From: an uncultured Chthonomonadaceae bacterium
GTDB taxonomy: Bacteria; Armatimonadota; Chthonomonadetes; Chthonomonadales; Chthonomonadaceae
Length of the DNA stretch: 64,000 nt
NCBI GenBank assembly: GCA_963817895.1
Contig: CAWFQB010000005.1
Location: 832,001-896,000, forward strand
Direction: 5' to 3'
In this document: piece by piece, positions 9,498 through 18,050 of the stretch
How the letters are laid out: the number at the start of each line of letters is the position of its first letter
Numbering within the stretch: position 1 is the stretch's first letter
Notes under the pieces: generated by a model
Database searches by the model: none
What the model was told of the DNA's origin: nothing
What the model saw: the letters and a program-made list of their open reading frames with translations, nothing else
Position numbers and translations under genes: made by a program

Positions 9498-10151
9498 ATG
9501 TCAGACGAAACAGTAAACTCGGTGGCAACGCCCGTCGAGACGGAACCGACGGCTGCTGCGGTCACTGCTCCCGAAGCGACGCCTGCGGAAGAGGCCATCG
9601 GCGTCTTAGCGACACCCAACGCGGAAGCGGCAACGGAAACATCGGAAACGGAACCCGTGACTACGGAAACCACCACAGCCGAAACCAATGCTGGAGAAGC
9701 CGGAACGACAGATGCGCCTATGGCAGTGGAAACGCCCACAGCGGAACCGGCGGCTGCCGCTCCCGCCCCGGTTGTGGCTGCGCCCACGCCTCCCAAAGCG
9801 AAGGCGAAAGCAACGGGCGGTGGTTCGGCGCAGTCCAAACTGTCCGATCCCGCCAACGACTTGAACATCATTCATTTCGAGGGCGACAAGAGCGATACGG
9901 AGCGCGGGCGGCGTAAAGTTCGCACCGGGCGCGTGGTCAGCAGCAAAATGCAGAAGACTGTTGTTGTGGCTGTGGAAACGCGCAAGCGTCACCCGCTATA
10001 CGGCAAGTTCATGCGCCAGACGGCGAAGTTCAAGGCCCACGACGAGCAGAATGAGTGCGGCGAGGGCGATACCGTGGAAATCATGGAAACTCGTCCGCTG
10101 TCCAAAGACAAGAACTGGCGCGTTATCCGTATCATAGAAAAAGCGAAGTAG
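9498..10151 (+). CDS. rpsQ: 30S ribosomal protein uS17 with about 135-aa acidic Ala/Thr/Pro N-terminal extension
   Basis: C-terminal core [19 protein letters not shown]...HPLYGK...KAHDE...[11 protein letters not shown]. Confidence 0.96.
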   Translation: MSDETVNSVATPVETEPTAAAVTAPEATPAEEAIGVLATPNAEAATETSETEPVTTETTTAETNAGEAGTTDAPMAVETPTAEPAAAAPAPVVAAPTPPKAKAKATGGGSAQSKLSDPANDLNIIHFEGDKSDTERGRRKVRTGRVVSSKMQKTVVVAVETRKRHPLYGKFMRQTAKFKAHDEQNECGEGDTVEIMETRPLSKDKNWRVIRIIEKAK

Positions 10152-10224
10152 GGAGTAGGAAGTAGGAAGTAGGGAGTAGAAAATGCGTATTCCCCTACTT
10201 CCTACTCCCCACGCCCTACTCCCT
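10149..10224. repeat. Inverted pair of tandem heptamer arrays (TAGGGAG/TAGGAAG)n / complement
   Basis: Starts at the rpsQ TAG and ends before the rplN RBS; same unit as 5957..6074. Confidence 0.9.
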
Positions 10225-10237
10225 GTGGGAGTGAGTG

Positions 10238-10609
10238 ATGATTTAACCCTATACCCGTTTACGCTGCGCCGACAATTCGGGGGCGCGCGAAATTATGTGT
10301 ATTCGCGTTCTCAAAGGCTCGAATACCAAATACGCTTATGTGGGCGATGTGATTGTCGGCGTTGTCAAGTCGGCCACGCCTAATCAGCAGGTCAAGAAGA
10401 GCGATGTGGTAAAATGTGTTGTCGTGCGTACCCGACAGCCCATCCGCCGACCGGATGGCAGCGTGTTGCGCTTTGATGACAACGCCGCTGTAGTTCTCGC
10501 CAACAACAATCAGGACCCGCGCGGATCGCGCATCTTTGGGCCGGTGGCGCGTGAATTGCGCGAAAACAGCTTTATGAAGATCGTTTCGCTGGCCCCGGAG
10601 GTATTGTAA
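10238..10609 (+). CDS. rplN: 50S ribosomal protein uL14; in-frame TAA at codon 3 (conserved Gln) in this sequence
   Basis: ATG ATT TAA CCC TAT ACC CGT... = [24 protein letters not shown]...FDDNAAV...[11 protein letters not shown]. Confidence 0.95.
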
Positions 10610-11044
10610 TGCCCAGACTGAAAAAGAGTACGCCGCTGGAGCCGGTCAAACTCAAAATCAAAAAAGGCGATACGGTGGAAGTGATTTCCGGCAAGGATAA
10701 ATCCGCGTCGGGACAGCCGCCCAAGCGCGGCGAAGTGCTGGCCGCGTATCCCAAAGAGAACAAAGTGCTGGTCAAGGGTGTCAACATCATGATCAAGCAC
10801 CAGAAGGAGCGGACCTCCAGCCGCCCCTCCACGAACGGCATGTCGCAGCCGGATACCATTCCCGGCGGACGTCTCGAAAAAGAGACGCCGCTGTTCGTCG
10901 CCAAAGTGATGCTGGTGTGTCCCAACTGCCAGCGGCCCACGCCGCGTCGGCTACGCCTTCAAAGAGGGCGATGGCAAACTGTCGCGCCGCAAATACCGCA
11001 TATGCAAGCATCCTGACTGCGCGAAAGCGATAGATCAGATTTAG
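10609..11044 (+). CDS. rplX: 50S ribosomal protein uL24 (Cys4 Zn-type C-terminus); 1-nt insertion at about 10942
   Basis: [15 protein letters not shown]...VLVKGVN; removing one C restores [12 protein letters not shown]...[17 protein letters not shown]. Confidence 0.93.
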
Positions 11045-11048
11045 TATC

Positions 11049-11189
11049 TCACCACAGAGGCACAGAGACACAGAGGCTTCACAGAGAAATACGAGGAGAT
11101 GAGAAGAGAGGAACTATTGTGTTTCTCCTTTTCTCCTTTTCTCTTTTTCTCCTTTTCTCCTCTGTGACGCCTCTGTGCCTCTGTGGTGA
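11049..11189. repeat. Palindromic element TCACCACAGAGGCACAGAG...CTCTGTGCCTCTGTGGTGA with an inner (TTCTCCTT)n array
   Basis: 19-bp terminal inverted repeat between rplX and rplE. Confidence 0.88.
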
Positions 11190-11241
11190 ATGATTTTCCC
11201 GCCGCCGGTCGGAAATCGGTGGGCGTTTAAGGGAGCGATTT

Positions 11242-11802
11242 ATGCCTACAACGGCTCGTTTGAAAGAGCGCTACAAAGCGGAAGTGGCGCCGAACCTCAT
11301 CAAGCAGTTCAACTATAAGAACGTGATGCAGGCTCCGAAGATTGACAAGATTGTTATCAACATGGGTGTGGGCCGCGCGGGGCAAACGGGCGGCGACAGC
11401 AAGGAACTCGACGGCGCGGTTCGCGATATGACGGCGATTGCCGGCCAGAAGCCGCTGATTACGCGCGCCCGCAAGTCCGTCGCCAACTTCAAGCTGCGCG
11501 AAGGTTCCCGTATCGGCTGCAAAGTGACTCTGCGCGGCGAACGCATGTACGAATTCTTTGATCGTCTGGTGAACGCGACCCTGCCGCGTATCCGTGACTT
11601 TCAGGGCGTGTCGCCCAACTCCTTCGATGGCAGAGGCAACTTCGCGATGGGTATGCGCGAACAGCTAGTCTTCCCCGAAATTGATTACGACAAGATTGAC
11701 AAAGTGCGCGGCATGGACATCATCGTCTGCACAACTGCCAACACGGACGAAGAGGCCCGCGCCCTGCTCAAAGCAATGGGCATGCCGTTCCGCGAGAAGT
11801 AA
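11242..11802 (+). CDS. rplE: 50S ribosomal protein uL5
   Basis: KIVINMGVG...[38 protein letters not shown]...FDGRGN. Confidence 0.98.
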   Translation: MPTTARLKERYKAEVAPNLIKQFNYKNVMQAPKIDKIVINMGVGRAGQTGGDSKELDGAVRDMTAIAGQKPLITRARKSVANFKLREGSRIGCKVTLRGERMYEFFDRLVNATLPRIRDFQGVSPNSFDGRGNFAMGMREQLVFPEIDYDKIDKVRGMDIIVCTTANTDEEARALLKAMGMPFREK

Positions 11803-11810
11803 AAGACTGT

Positions 11811-11843
11811 TTAGCCGCGAATGAACGCGAATAAACGCGAATA
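11811..11843. repeat. Single-arm decamer repeat TTAGC(CGCGAATNAA)3; similar copy at 50977..51008
   Basis: ttagccgcgaatgaacgcgaataaacgcgaata. Confidence 0.75.
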
Positions 11844-11847
11844 CCTG

Positions 11848-11891
11848 AAAAGGCCGACTGCCACTTGTTGTAAAGTGGCAGTCGGCCTTTC
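11848..11891. terminator. Bidirectional intrinsic terminator ending the ribosomal operon
   Basis: 18-bp perfect stem AAAGGCCGACTGCCACTT / AAGTGGCAGTCGGCCTTT between convergent genes. Confidence 0.85.
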
Positions 11892-11916
11892 TGTTTATGA
11901 ACCAACTTCTTTAAAC

Positions 11917-12777
11917 TCAGCGGCGGAAATTAGAGTCGTCGGTATCGAACAAACGCTCTAGCTCCTGCTCGAATAGTTCCTGATCGGCGTTGGTATCCCG
12001 TTGCGGTTGGCGTCGCCGCGCCTTTTCCAAAGGCGTCAGGGCTTTCACTTCTTCACCCTTTTGCTTCTGTTCCGCTTCCGCTTCAGCGTTTGCGGACATG
12101 GGCGGCGCCAGTTTGTCCAGTCCTGTCCGCTTCTGCACGGTCAGCGTACCCTCGTCCGTATCGGCAACCCGTACGAGTTCGCCGCGCCATAAGCCCTCCT
12201 GCGCTCTCATTACAGACGGCGGAACGATACGGGGCGCGGTGGGCTTGACATCTTCGGGTAACGCGCCCGTCCGTTTGGTTTCCATCTTGTCCAGCCGCGC
12301 CATTTCGGTCAGCCACAAATCCTCGTCGCGCTTCTGCTGCGCGCGGCGATTGGCCTCCTCATCGCGTTTTTTGCGCGCGGCCTGTTCACGCTTCTGCTGC
12401 TCCTCGCGGCGTAATCGCTCCATTGCCTGCGGATCGCGTAACTGCGCTTCCTGTTCGGGCGTCAGGCGCAATCCCTTTTCGCGCAGGCTGGTTCCAAATC
12501 CCGCATTGGATTGGCTGCCCGGCGCGTGGCGTTCGCGCGGATAGATTTTCAGCGCGCCCGGATTGCCGGGATCAATGGACACAGGAATACCCATCTCCTG
12601 ACACCAGCGCTCTACTTCGGGACGCAGCACGGCGCCCTGTCCGTGAATAATCCGCACAGCCTGTTTGCCCTGCCACTTCGGCCATTGCTGCTGCAAGGTG
12701 ACGCGCATTTGCTCGGCGGTCAACCCATGCAAATCCGCTTCCACATCCACATCTTTTTTGTTTCCCTGAGTTGCCAC
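11917..12777 (-). CDS. Smr/MutS2-domain protein (N-terminal Smr domain plus coiled coil)
   Basis: DLHGLT...VRIIHGQG.VLR..V...NPGA. Confidence 0.8.
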   Translation of the reverse strand: MATQGNKKDVDVEADLHGLTAEQMRVTLQQQWPKWQGKQAVRIIHGQGAVLRPEVERWCQEMGIPVSIDPGNPGALKIYPRERHAPGSQSNAGFGTSLREKGLRLTPEQEAQLRDPQAMERLRREEQQKREQAARKKRDEEANRRAQQKRDEDLWLTEMARLDKMETKRTGALPEDVKPTAPRIVPPSVMRAQEGLWRGELVRVADTDEGTLTVQKRTGLDKLAPPMSANAEAEAEQKQKGEEVKALTPLEKARRRQPQRDTNADQELFEQELERLFDTDDSNFRR

Positions 12778-13232
12778 ATCCGTTATCCTGAAAATACATA
12801 CCGCGTTTTGCCGTTACGTTCGATCTATCATCACTATGCCGCCAACGTCCGAAATCCGGCATAAATGAGGTGGAAAATTCAAATATGCGCGTACTCCTGC
12901 CGGGTTTCTGCCCTACTATACGCAATGAAGGGGCAAGGCGTCGCAGGCAGCAAATGAAAAGGGGAGCAAAAACACCGTTTTCTCGCGCTTTTCGCTTCAC
13001 AAAATTGCGAGATATGCGCAGGAAAAGGCTATTTTCAGGAACTTTAAGCCGCGCAAAAAGTAAAGGAACGGATAGGAAAAATCGTCGTAACTAAGTCAGG
13101 CGTACACCCTGTCATAACTGCGGATATAGTATTGTATATATCCCTTAACGTAAGATCAATTTCAAAGAAACGTGGATGTAAACTGCGCATGACGCGCCGC
13201 GTCGCTGATAGGTTGTATAGAGAAATACCATT

Positions 13233-13496
13233 ATGGGAAGACACATGGATAAAGAGTTGGAGCGTCTGGAAGACTCTCTACGAGTGGCAAGCGATAATCT
13301 GATGCGGCTTCTGCGCGACCTCTTTGGCACGGAAGAGGACCCCCGCGCGCTGGAACTGCTGCGGCTGACTTCCAAAAAAGAGGTGGCGGAGGATGCCCTC
13401 GTCACGTACCTGCTTGACAATATGCCTCTGGACGAACTGGAGGAGCCGCCGCACGGGATGCCGCCGGCTTCTCCCCCTATCGGTTATCTACACTGA
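13233..13496 (+). CDS. Small hypothetical protein
   Basis: 87-aa ORF with coding-like composition; no family recognised. Confidence 0.55.
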   Translation: MGRHMDKELERLEDSLRVASDNLMRLLRDLFGTEEDPRALELLRLTSKKEVAEDALVTYLLDNMPLDELEEPPHGMPPASPPIGYLH

Positions 13497-13551
13497 TAGT
13501 TTCCAGCCAGTTTTGGCCGTACGTCTCATTAAATGCAGTTCCTGCGTCGCG

Positions 13552-14121
13552 CTATTTGATGAGCTTCAGCACGTCGCGGAATTCCGGCGTACCCGCTTCG
13601 TGCAGCAGTTCGTACAAAGCCATTTCCACCGACGTGAGCAGGACACGTCCGGCGCGCATTTTGTCCAGTCCCAGCCGCCAATTCGCTTCGGTTCGTGAAG
13701 ACGTGGCATCCGTAACAACGTGTACCTGATAATCCGCCGCCTGCATGTCGTGAGCCGTCTGATTGATGCAGATATGAGTTTCAACGCCGCACAGCAGCAC
13801 TTGCCGCCGGCCTGTGCGCTGTAGTTCGGAGACAAAGGCGGGCGACCCCATGCTGCTGAACGTCATTTTGTCGAACGGCGGGAGTTGCGCGGGCAGCAGG
13901 CTTTTCACCGGCTCGATAACGTCTCCCATTTTTTCCGCCGCCTGCGTGGTTCCAATGACGGGCATACGCAGCACGTTCGCGCCCTGCATCAGGGCGCGAA
14001 CATTGTCCAGAACGCGCTGCTGCTCATGAATAGTGCGCAGAAACGGCTCCTGCATATCCACAACCACGAGGACGGTATTCTCTGAATGAAGCAAATGGGG
14101 ATGATTTTTCGGATTACGCAC
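13552..14121 (-). CDS. Isochorismatase-family hydrolase
   Basis: LVVVDMQE...FDKMTFS...LCGVETHICINQTA.D...VVTDATSSR. Confidence 0.92.
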   Translation of the reverse strand: MRNPKNHPHLLHSENTVLVVVDMQEPFLRTIHEQQRVLDNVRALMQGANVLRMPVIGTTQAAEKMGDVIEPVKSLLPAQLPPFDKMTFSSMGSPAFVSELQRTGRRQVLLCGVETHICINQTAHDMQAADYQVHVVTDATSSRTEANWRLGLDKMRAGRVLLTSVEMALYELLHEAGTPEFRDVLKLIK

Positions 14122-14506
14122 GGGTCTTCTTTCCCTTCAATATCGAAACGGCGTGAACAGTAATGGTACGGACATATAGCGCGATTTCGCCACAAATGCG
14201 CGTCAAGTCATGAATTCTGAATGGCTTAGTATCGGCGTAAAGCGCGAATGTCTGCATCGTTGCGCAGCGTGAAACCTCTCGACTTCTATACCTTGCCACT
14301 CTCCACACTTTACCAAGTGGAAAGTCAAGGGGATTTATATCATCTGGCGTATTTTACCTAATTAGCAGGAGAAACCGCGCCAAAGCAGGGAAAAACATGT
14401 TCGATGCGGTATAGAAGGGTACTTCGCCGTTTGGTGTATACTAGAAGGCATCCCGCAAGCGGATGAAGACTATGCCCGGACATTGAGGCAAGGAGAGGAC
14501 GAGAAG

Positions 14507-14959
14507 ATGAATATTGTAATTCTGGGCTGTGGCCGCGTCGGTTCCACGTTTGCGCGCCTGATGCACCGGGAAGGCCATAACGTTACCATCATTGATCTGC
14601 AAAGCGAGGCGTTCCGGCGGTTGGGAACCAAATTTCGCGGCAATCGCATTGTGGGCAACGGCATAGACGAGGATGTGCTGAGACGGGCGGGAATCGAGAA
14701 CGCGAATGTTTTCATTGCCGTGTCGCAGGGCGACAATCGCAACATCATGGCGGCGCAGATCGCGCAGCATGTGTTTCAGATAAAAACGGTCATCGCGCGT
14801 ATTTATGATCCCGTTCGCGCAGACCGCTACCGCCAACTCGGTATCACCACGCTTTGCACCACCACCATCGCTACCGGCCTGATGCGCGACTTTGTAACAA
14901 CCGGCGAGTGGGGCCTTGCCAAAGACTACTCGCAGGAATATTTGACGGCGAATGTGTGA
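14507..14959 (+). CDS. trkA: TrkA-family K+ uptake regulatory subunit (RCK_N only)
   Basis: IVILGCGRVG Rossmann motif; G.GIDEDVL.RAGIE.A...DNRNI. Confidence 0.88.
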   Translation: MNIVILGCGRVGSTFARLMHREGHNVTIIDLQSEAFRRLGTKFRGNRIVGNGIDEDVLRRAGIENANVFIAVSQGDNRNIMAAQIAQHVFQIKTVIARIYDPVRADRYRQLGITTLCTTTIATGLMRDFVTTGEWGLAKDYSQEYLTANV

Positions 14960-14962
14960 GGA

Positions 14963-15069
14963 GGTAGACGGTAGACGGTAGACGGTAGCATCCTTACTTG
15001 CAAGTTGTTCCTATCGAACAAAGCTTTCAGTAAACAGGCATTGCTACTGTCTACCATCTACCGTCTACC
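14963..15069. repeat. Inverted pair of tandem heptamer arrays (GGTAGAC)n / (GTCTACC)n
   Basis: Between the two trkA genes. Confidence 0.92.
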
Positions 15070-15084
15070 CCGAAGGATTGCATC

Positions 15085-15741
15085 ATGTACATCATCATCG
15101 TGGGCGGGGGGAACATCGGTTACTATCTGGCGAAAACGCTGGTATCCGCCCGGCATGAAGTTTTGCTAATGGAGAAGGATCGGACGCGCTACCGCACCAT
15201 TTCGGAAGAATTGGGCGAAGTCGTGATGCAGGGCGACGGCTGCGAAGTGGCGCAGCAGAATCAGGCGGGATTCGGGCGGGCGGACGCGGTTGTGGCCGCG
15301 ACGGGCAGCGACGACGATAACCTTGTCGTGTGCCAGATGGCGAAAATGGAACATAACGTGCCGCGCACCATTTCCCGCGTTAATGACCCGCGCAACGAGT
15401 CGCTGTTTCATAAATTGGGCATTGACGCGACGGTGAGTTCCACGAAAATCATCTACAATCTTATCGAGCAGGAGGTGGGCGGCGGTGAAGTGATTCCGCT
15501 TGCCGCTCTGAACCGGGGCAACATCGAGATTGTGGAAGTGGAAATCGGGCCGCGTTCTCCGGTGGTGGATCAGGAAATTCGCGCCCTGAAACTGCCCGCC
15601 GAGGCCCTGATTATCAGCGTGATTCGCCACGACCACGCCATTCTGCCCGCCGCCGATACGCGCTTTGAAATCGGCGACAGCGTAATTGCCCTTGTGGGCG
15701 CGGATCGGGAACACGACCTGCGCGATATTTTTGCGGAGTAA
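15085..15741 (+). CDS. trkA: TrkA-family K+ uptake protein (RCK_N + RCK_C)
   Basis: IIIVGGGNIG...GDGCE...ATGSDDDNLVVCQMAK...SPVVD..IR.L.LP. Confidence 0.9.
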   Translation: MYIIIVGGGNIGYYLAKTLVSARHEVLLMEKDRTRYRTISEELGEVVMQGDGCEVAQQNQAGFGRADAVVAATGSDDDNLVVCQMAKMEHNVPRTISRVNDPRNESLFHKLGIDATVSSTKIIYNLIEQEVGGGEVIPLAALNRGNIEIVEVEIGPRSPVVDQEIRALKLPAEALIISVIRHDHAILPAADTRFEIGDSVIALVGADREHDLRDIFAE

Positions 15742-15746
15742 TTATC

Positions 15747-16391
15747 ATGGCTCGGAAAGCGACACCGCGTAAAATGGATGGGCCGCCGGATTTTTGCGAT
15801 TACGGCGTGGGCATACTGGGGGAACGGCTGGATAAGATGTTGGCGCATACGGAGGGCGCGGCAAGCGGCACTCAGACCCGACCCATTCATCAGATGCGCG
15901 TGTGGTCCCGCCGTTCCCGCGCCGCGCTGGATGTGTTCGGCGTCTGTTTTGTGGATGCCGAGCCTGCCGCCTTTGCCGACATTGCGCAGGAGGTAAAAAC
16001 CGTCACGCGGGCATTGGGCGCGGCCCGTGATTTAGATGTGATGCTGGAAACCATGCGTACCCGCATGGAGAGCCTGCCGCCCGAACAGCGCGGCGGCGTG
16101 GACAGCTTTCTGGACTATTTGCAGGCGCAGCGCAATGACCGACAGCAGGCCGTCACCGATTCCGTCAAGCATCTGGAAAAAAGCAAACTGAAGCAGCAAT
16201 TGCAGCGACTGGCAGACAAACACGGCTACCGGTCGGTTACAGTAGAGATTCCCGCCCCGGAACCGAAAGCGGCAGAACCGCTGACCTCAGCATCCGCCAC
16301 ATCGAAAGCGGCGGAAGCATCCGTTGCAGATGCAGCGGAAGCATCGGTTGCAAAAGCAACGGCAGACAAAGCAAAGAATGGAACAGCCTGA
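15747..16391 (+). CDS. CHAD-domain protein (half 1)
   Basis: IHQMRVWSRRSRAAL...LGAARDLDV. Confidence 0.88.
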   Translation: MARKATPRKMDGPPDFCDYGVGILGERLDKMLAHTEGAASGTQTRPIHQMRVWSRRSRAALDVFGVCFVDAEPAAFADIAQEVKTVTRALGAARDLDVMLETMRTRMESLPPEQRGGVDSFLDYLQAQRNDRQQAVTDSVKHLEKSKLKQQLQRLADKHGYRSVTVEIPAPEPKAAEPLTSASATSKAAEASVADAAEASVAKATADKAKNGTA

Positions 16392-17455
16392 TGGCAAAAT
16401 CAAAGTCTTCTGCAAAAGTCAATCCACGTCAACCTGTGCTTGTCAATGCGGCCAAACTGATTACGCGGCGTCTGGACGAAATGCTTGCCTACGAGTCCTG
16501 CATCGCCGATCCTGACAACGTGTACGAACTCCATGAGATGCGGATTGCGGGCAAGCGCCTGCGCTACACGATGGAGGTCTTTCAGCCGGTTTATATCCGG
16601 TACACCGATGCGGGGCCGGAGTTCGGAACAATGCTGCAAGCCGTGAAGAATTTACAGGAGCATCTTGGAATTCTGCACGATGCCGATGTGCTGGTTCCGC
16701 AGATTCTGGAGCATTTGGGCCGCGTCGTCAAAAAGGGTTACGGCCTGCCTACTGCTGCCGCGCCCGACAGCATGAATGGTCAAGAGGGCAAGACTAAAGG
16801 CGCGAAGCAGAAAAATCATGCCGCTAAATCCGGCAAGCTGCAAGAGGTTCTGCCGATTGTAGGCGTCCATCAGGTAGATTACGCGGGTTGTGAGGGACTG
16901 CTGACGCTGTGCCGACAAATTCGCGCCGACCGTGACGCGCAATACGCGAAATTGACGCAGGAATGGCAGCAGATACGCGCCGAACAGGTGTTTGAGCGCC
17001 TGCGCGATCTGATCGCAAGGAGTGAGGGAACAGAGGGGAGAAAAGGAGAAAAGGAGAAAAGGAGAAAAGGAGAAGGGGAGGCAGAAAACGAACCCCAATC
17101 GGCAATCGAAAATCGAAAATCGGCAATCCCTTCATCCTTCATCCTTCATCCTTCATCCTTACCCAATGAGGAGCCGGATGCCGCCAACAGACAAACCCCG
17201 CAAGTCCAGCGCGCGCCCGGTGAACCGGGACACGTCGCCGCCGCCCGCCGCCGAGTCGCGCCCCGCGCCCCGGAAAAAGATGGCGAACCGGAGCCGCAAG
17301 GACACAAAGGCAGGCAAAGGCGAGACGCCAGCGCAAGCGCCCGAATTGACAGTTCTGCCCCTCCCGCCGCCCGAACCGGCAATACGCGCGCTCCGCGACA
17401 TCCCCGGACTGGGGCCGATACGGATTCGGGCGCTGGAAAAGGCGGGGCTGAGTAG
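16391..17455 (+). CDS. CHAD-domain protein (half 2); 3' end extended through repeat arrays
   Basis: LHEMRIAGKRLRYTME.F...LQEHLGILHDADV; tail after about 17030 is repeat-derived and overlaps the next gene. Confidence 0.8.
   Translation: MAKSKSSAKVNPRQPVLVNAAKLITRRLDEMLAYESCIADPDNVYELHEMRIAGKRLRYTMEVFQPVYIRYTDAGPEFGTMLQAVKNLQEHLGILHDADVLVPQILEHLGRVVKKGYGLPTAAAPDSMNGQEGKTKGAKQKNHAAKSGKLQEVLPIVGVHQVDYAGCEGLLTLCRQIRADRDAQYAKLTQEWQQIRAEQVFERLRDLIARSEGTEGRKGEKEKRRKGEGEAENEPQSAIENRKSAIPSSFILHPSSLPNEEPDAANRQTPQVQRAPGEPGHVAAARRRVAPRAPEKDGEPEPQGHKGRQRRDASASARIDSSAPPAARTGNTRAPRHPRTGADTDSGAGKGGAE
17035..17160. repeat. Composite arrays (GGAGAAAA)4 + (AATCGAA/AATCGGC)4 + (TTCATCC)4
   Basis: Three different tandem units within about 125 nt inside the CHAD ORF. 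Confidence 0.92.
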
Positions 17456-18050
17456 CCTGACGCTATTGCGCGACGCGACGCTGGAACGTCTGCTGGTTGT
17501 GCCGGGTATGAGCGAAATCAAGGCGCGGCACATACATACGTTTCTCGCCAACGCGCTTATTCTGACTGAGACGGAAGCAGTCACGAAATCGACGGATGGT
17601 GATGGGATTGCAGGGACGCAATCGGTTTCCATTCTGCCGACCACGCCTCTGCTCGACGCCAACAGCGGAAACGGCATCGCGGAAGCAGCACAACTATTAC
17701 CGACATGGCTGGTGGAAATGCAGGTTGCGCGGGATGAGACGGTTGCGCTGCTGACTAGCCGACACGCCCCGAATTTTCGCGCCCGTCTGCTGCGCGAACT
17801 GGTGCGGTTTGCCGCCGGCATCCCCGGATGGCAGCAGGGATTGATGCAGGGCGCGGAGAAAGATCAGGAACGCGCTTTGCGACGCGTCCGTCGCCTGCGC
17901 CTGTCGCTGATGGAAGCGCTGCCGCAAACCGAACCGGATCGCAAAACGCAGTCGCGCCTGGCCGAAGACATCGCGGAAGCCAGTGACCGCCTGTACGCTT
18001 TGAGCGGCCAAACGGAACCCACCCGCAGCACGGAGGACGCGCATGACTGA
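17178..18050 (+). CDS. Helix-hairpin-helix domain protein
   Basis: LRDIPGLGPIRIRALEKAG and LLVVPGMSEIKA tandem HhH motifs; GAGGAG RBS before ATG 17178. Confidence 0.75.
   Translation: MPPTDKPRKSSARPVNRDTSPPPAAESRPAPRKKMANRSRKDTKAGKGETPAQAPELTVLPLPPPEPAIRALRDIPGLGPIRIRALEKAGLSSLTLLRDATLERLLVVPGMSEIKARHIHTFLANALILTETEAVTKSTDGDGIAGTQSVSILPTTPLLDANSGNGIAEAAQLLPTWLVEMQVARDETVALLTSRHAPNFRARLLRELVRFAAGIPGWQQGLMQGAEKDQERALRRVRRLRLSLMEALPQTEPDRKTQSRLAEDIAEASDRLYALSGQTEPTRSTEDAHD

Noticed and set aside
14125..14500. c-di-AMP (ydaO) or other riboswitch upstream of trkA
   Set aside because: No recognisable conserved motifs by eye; an Infernal/Rfam scan would be needed.
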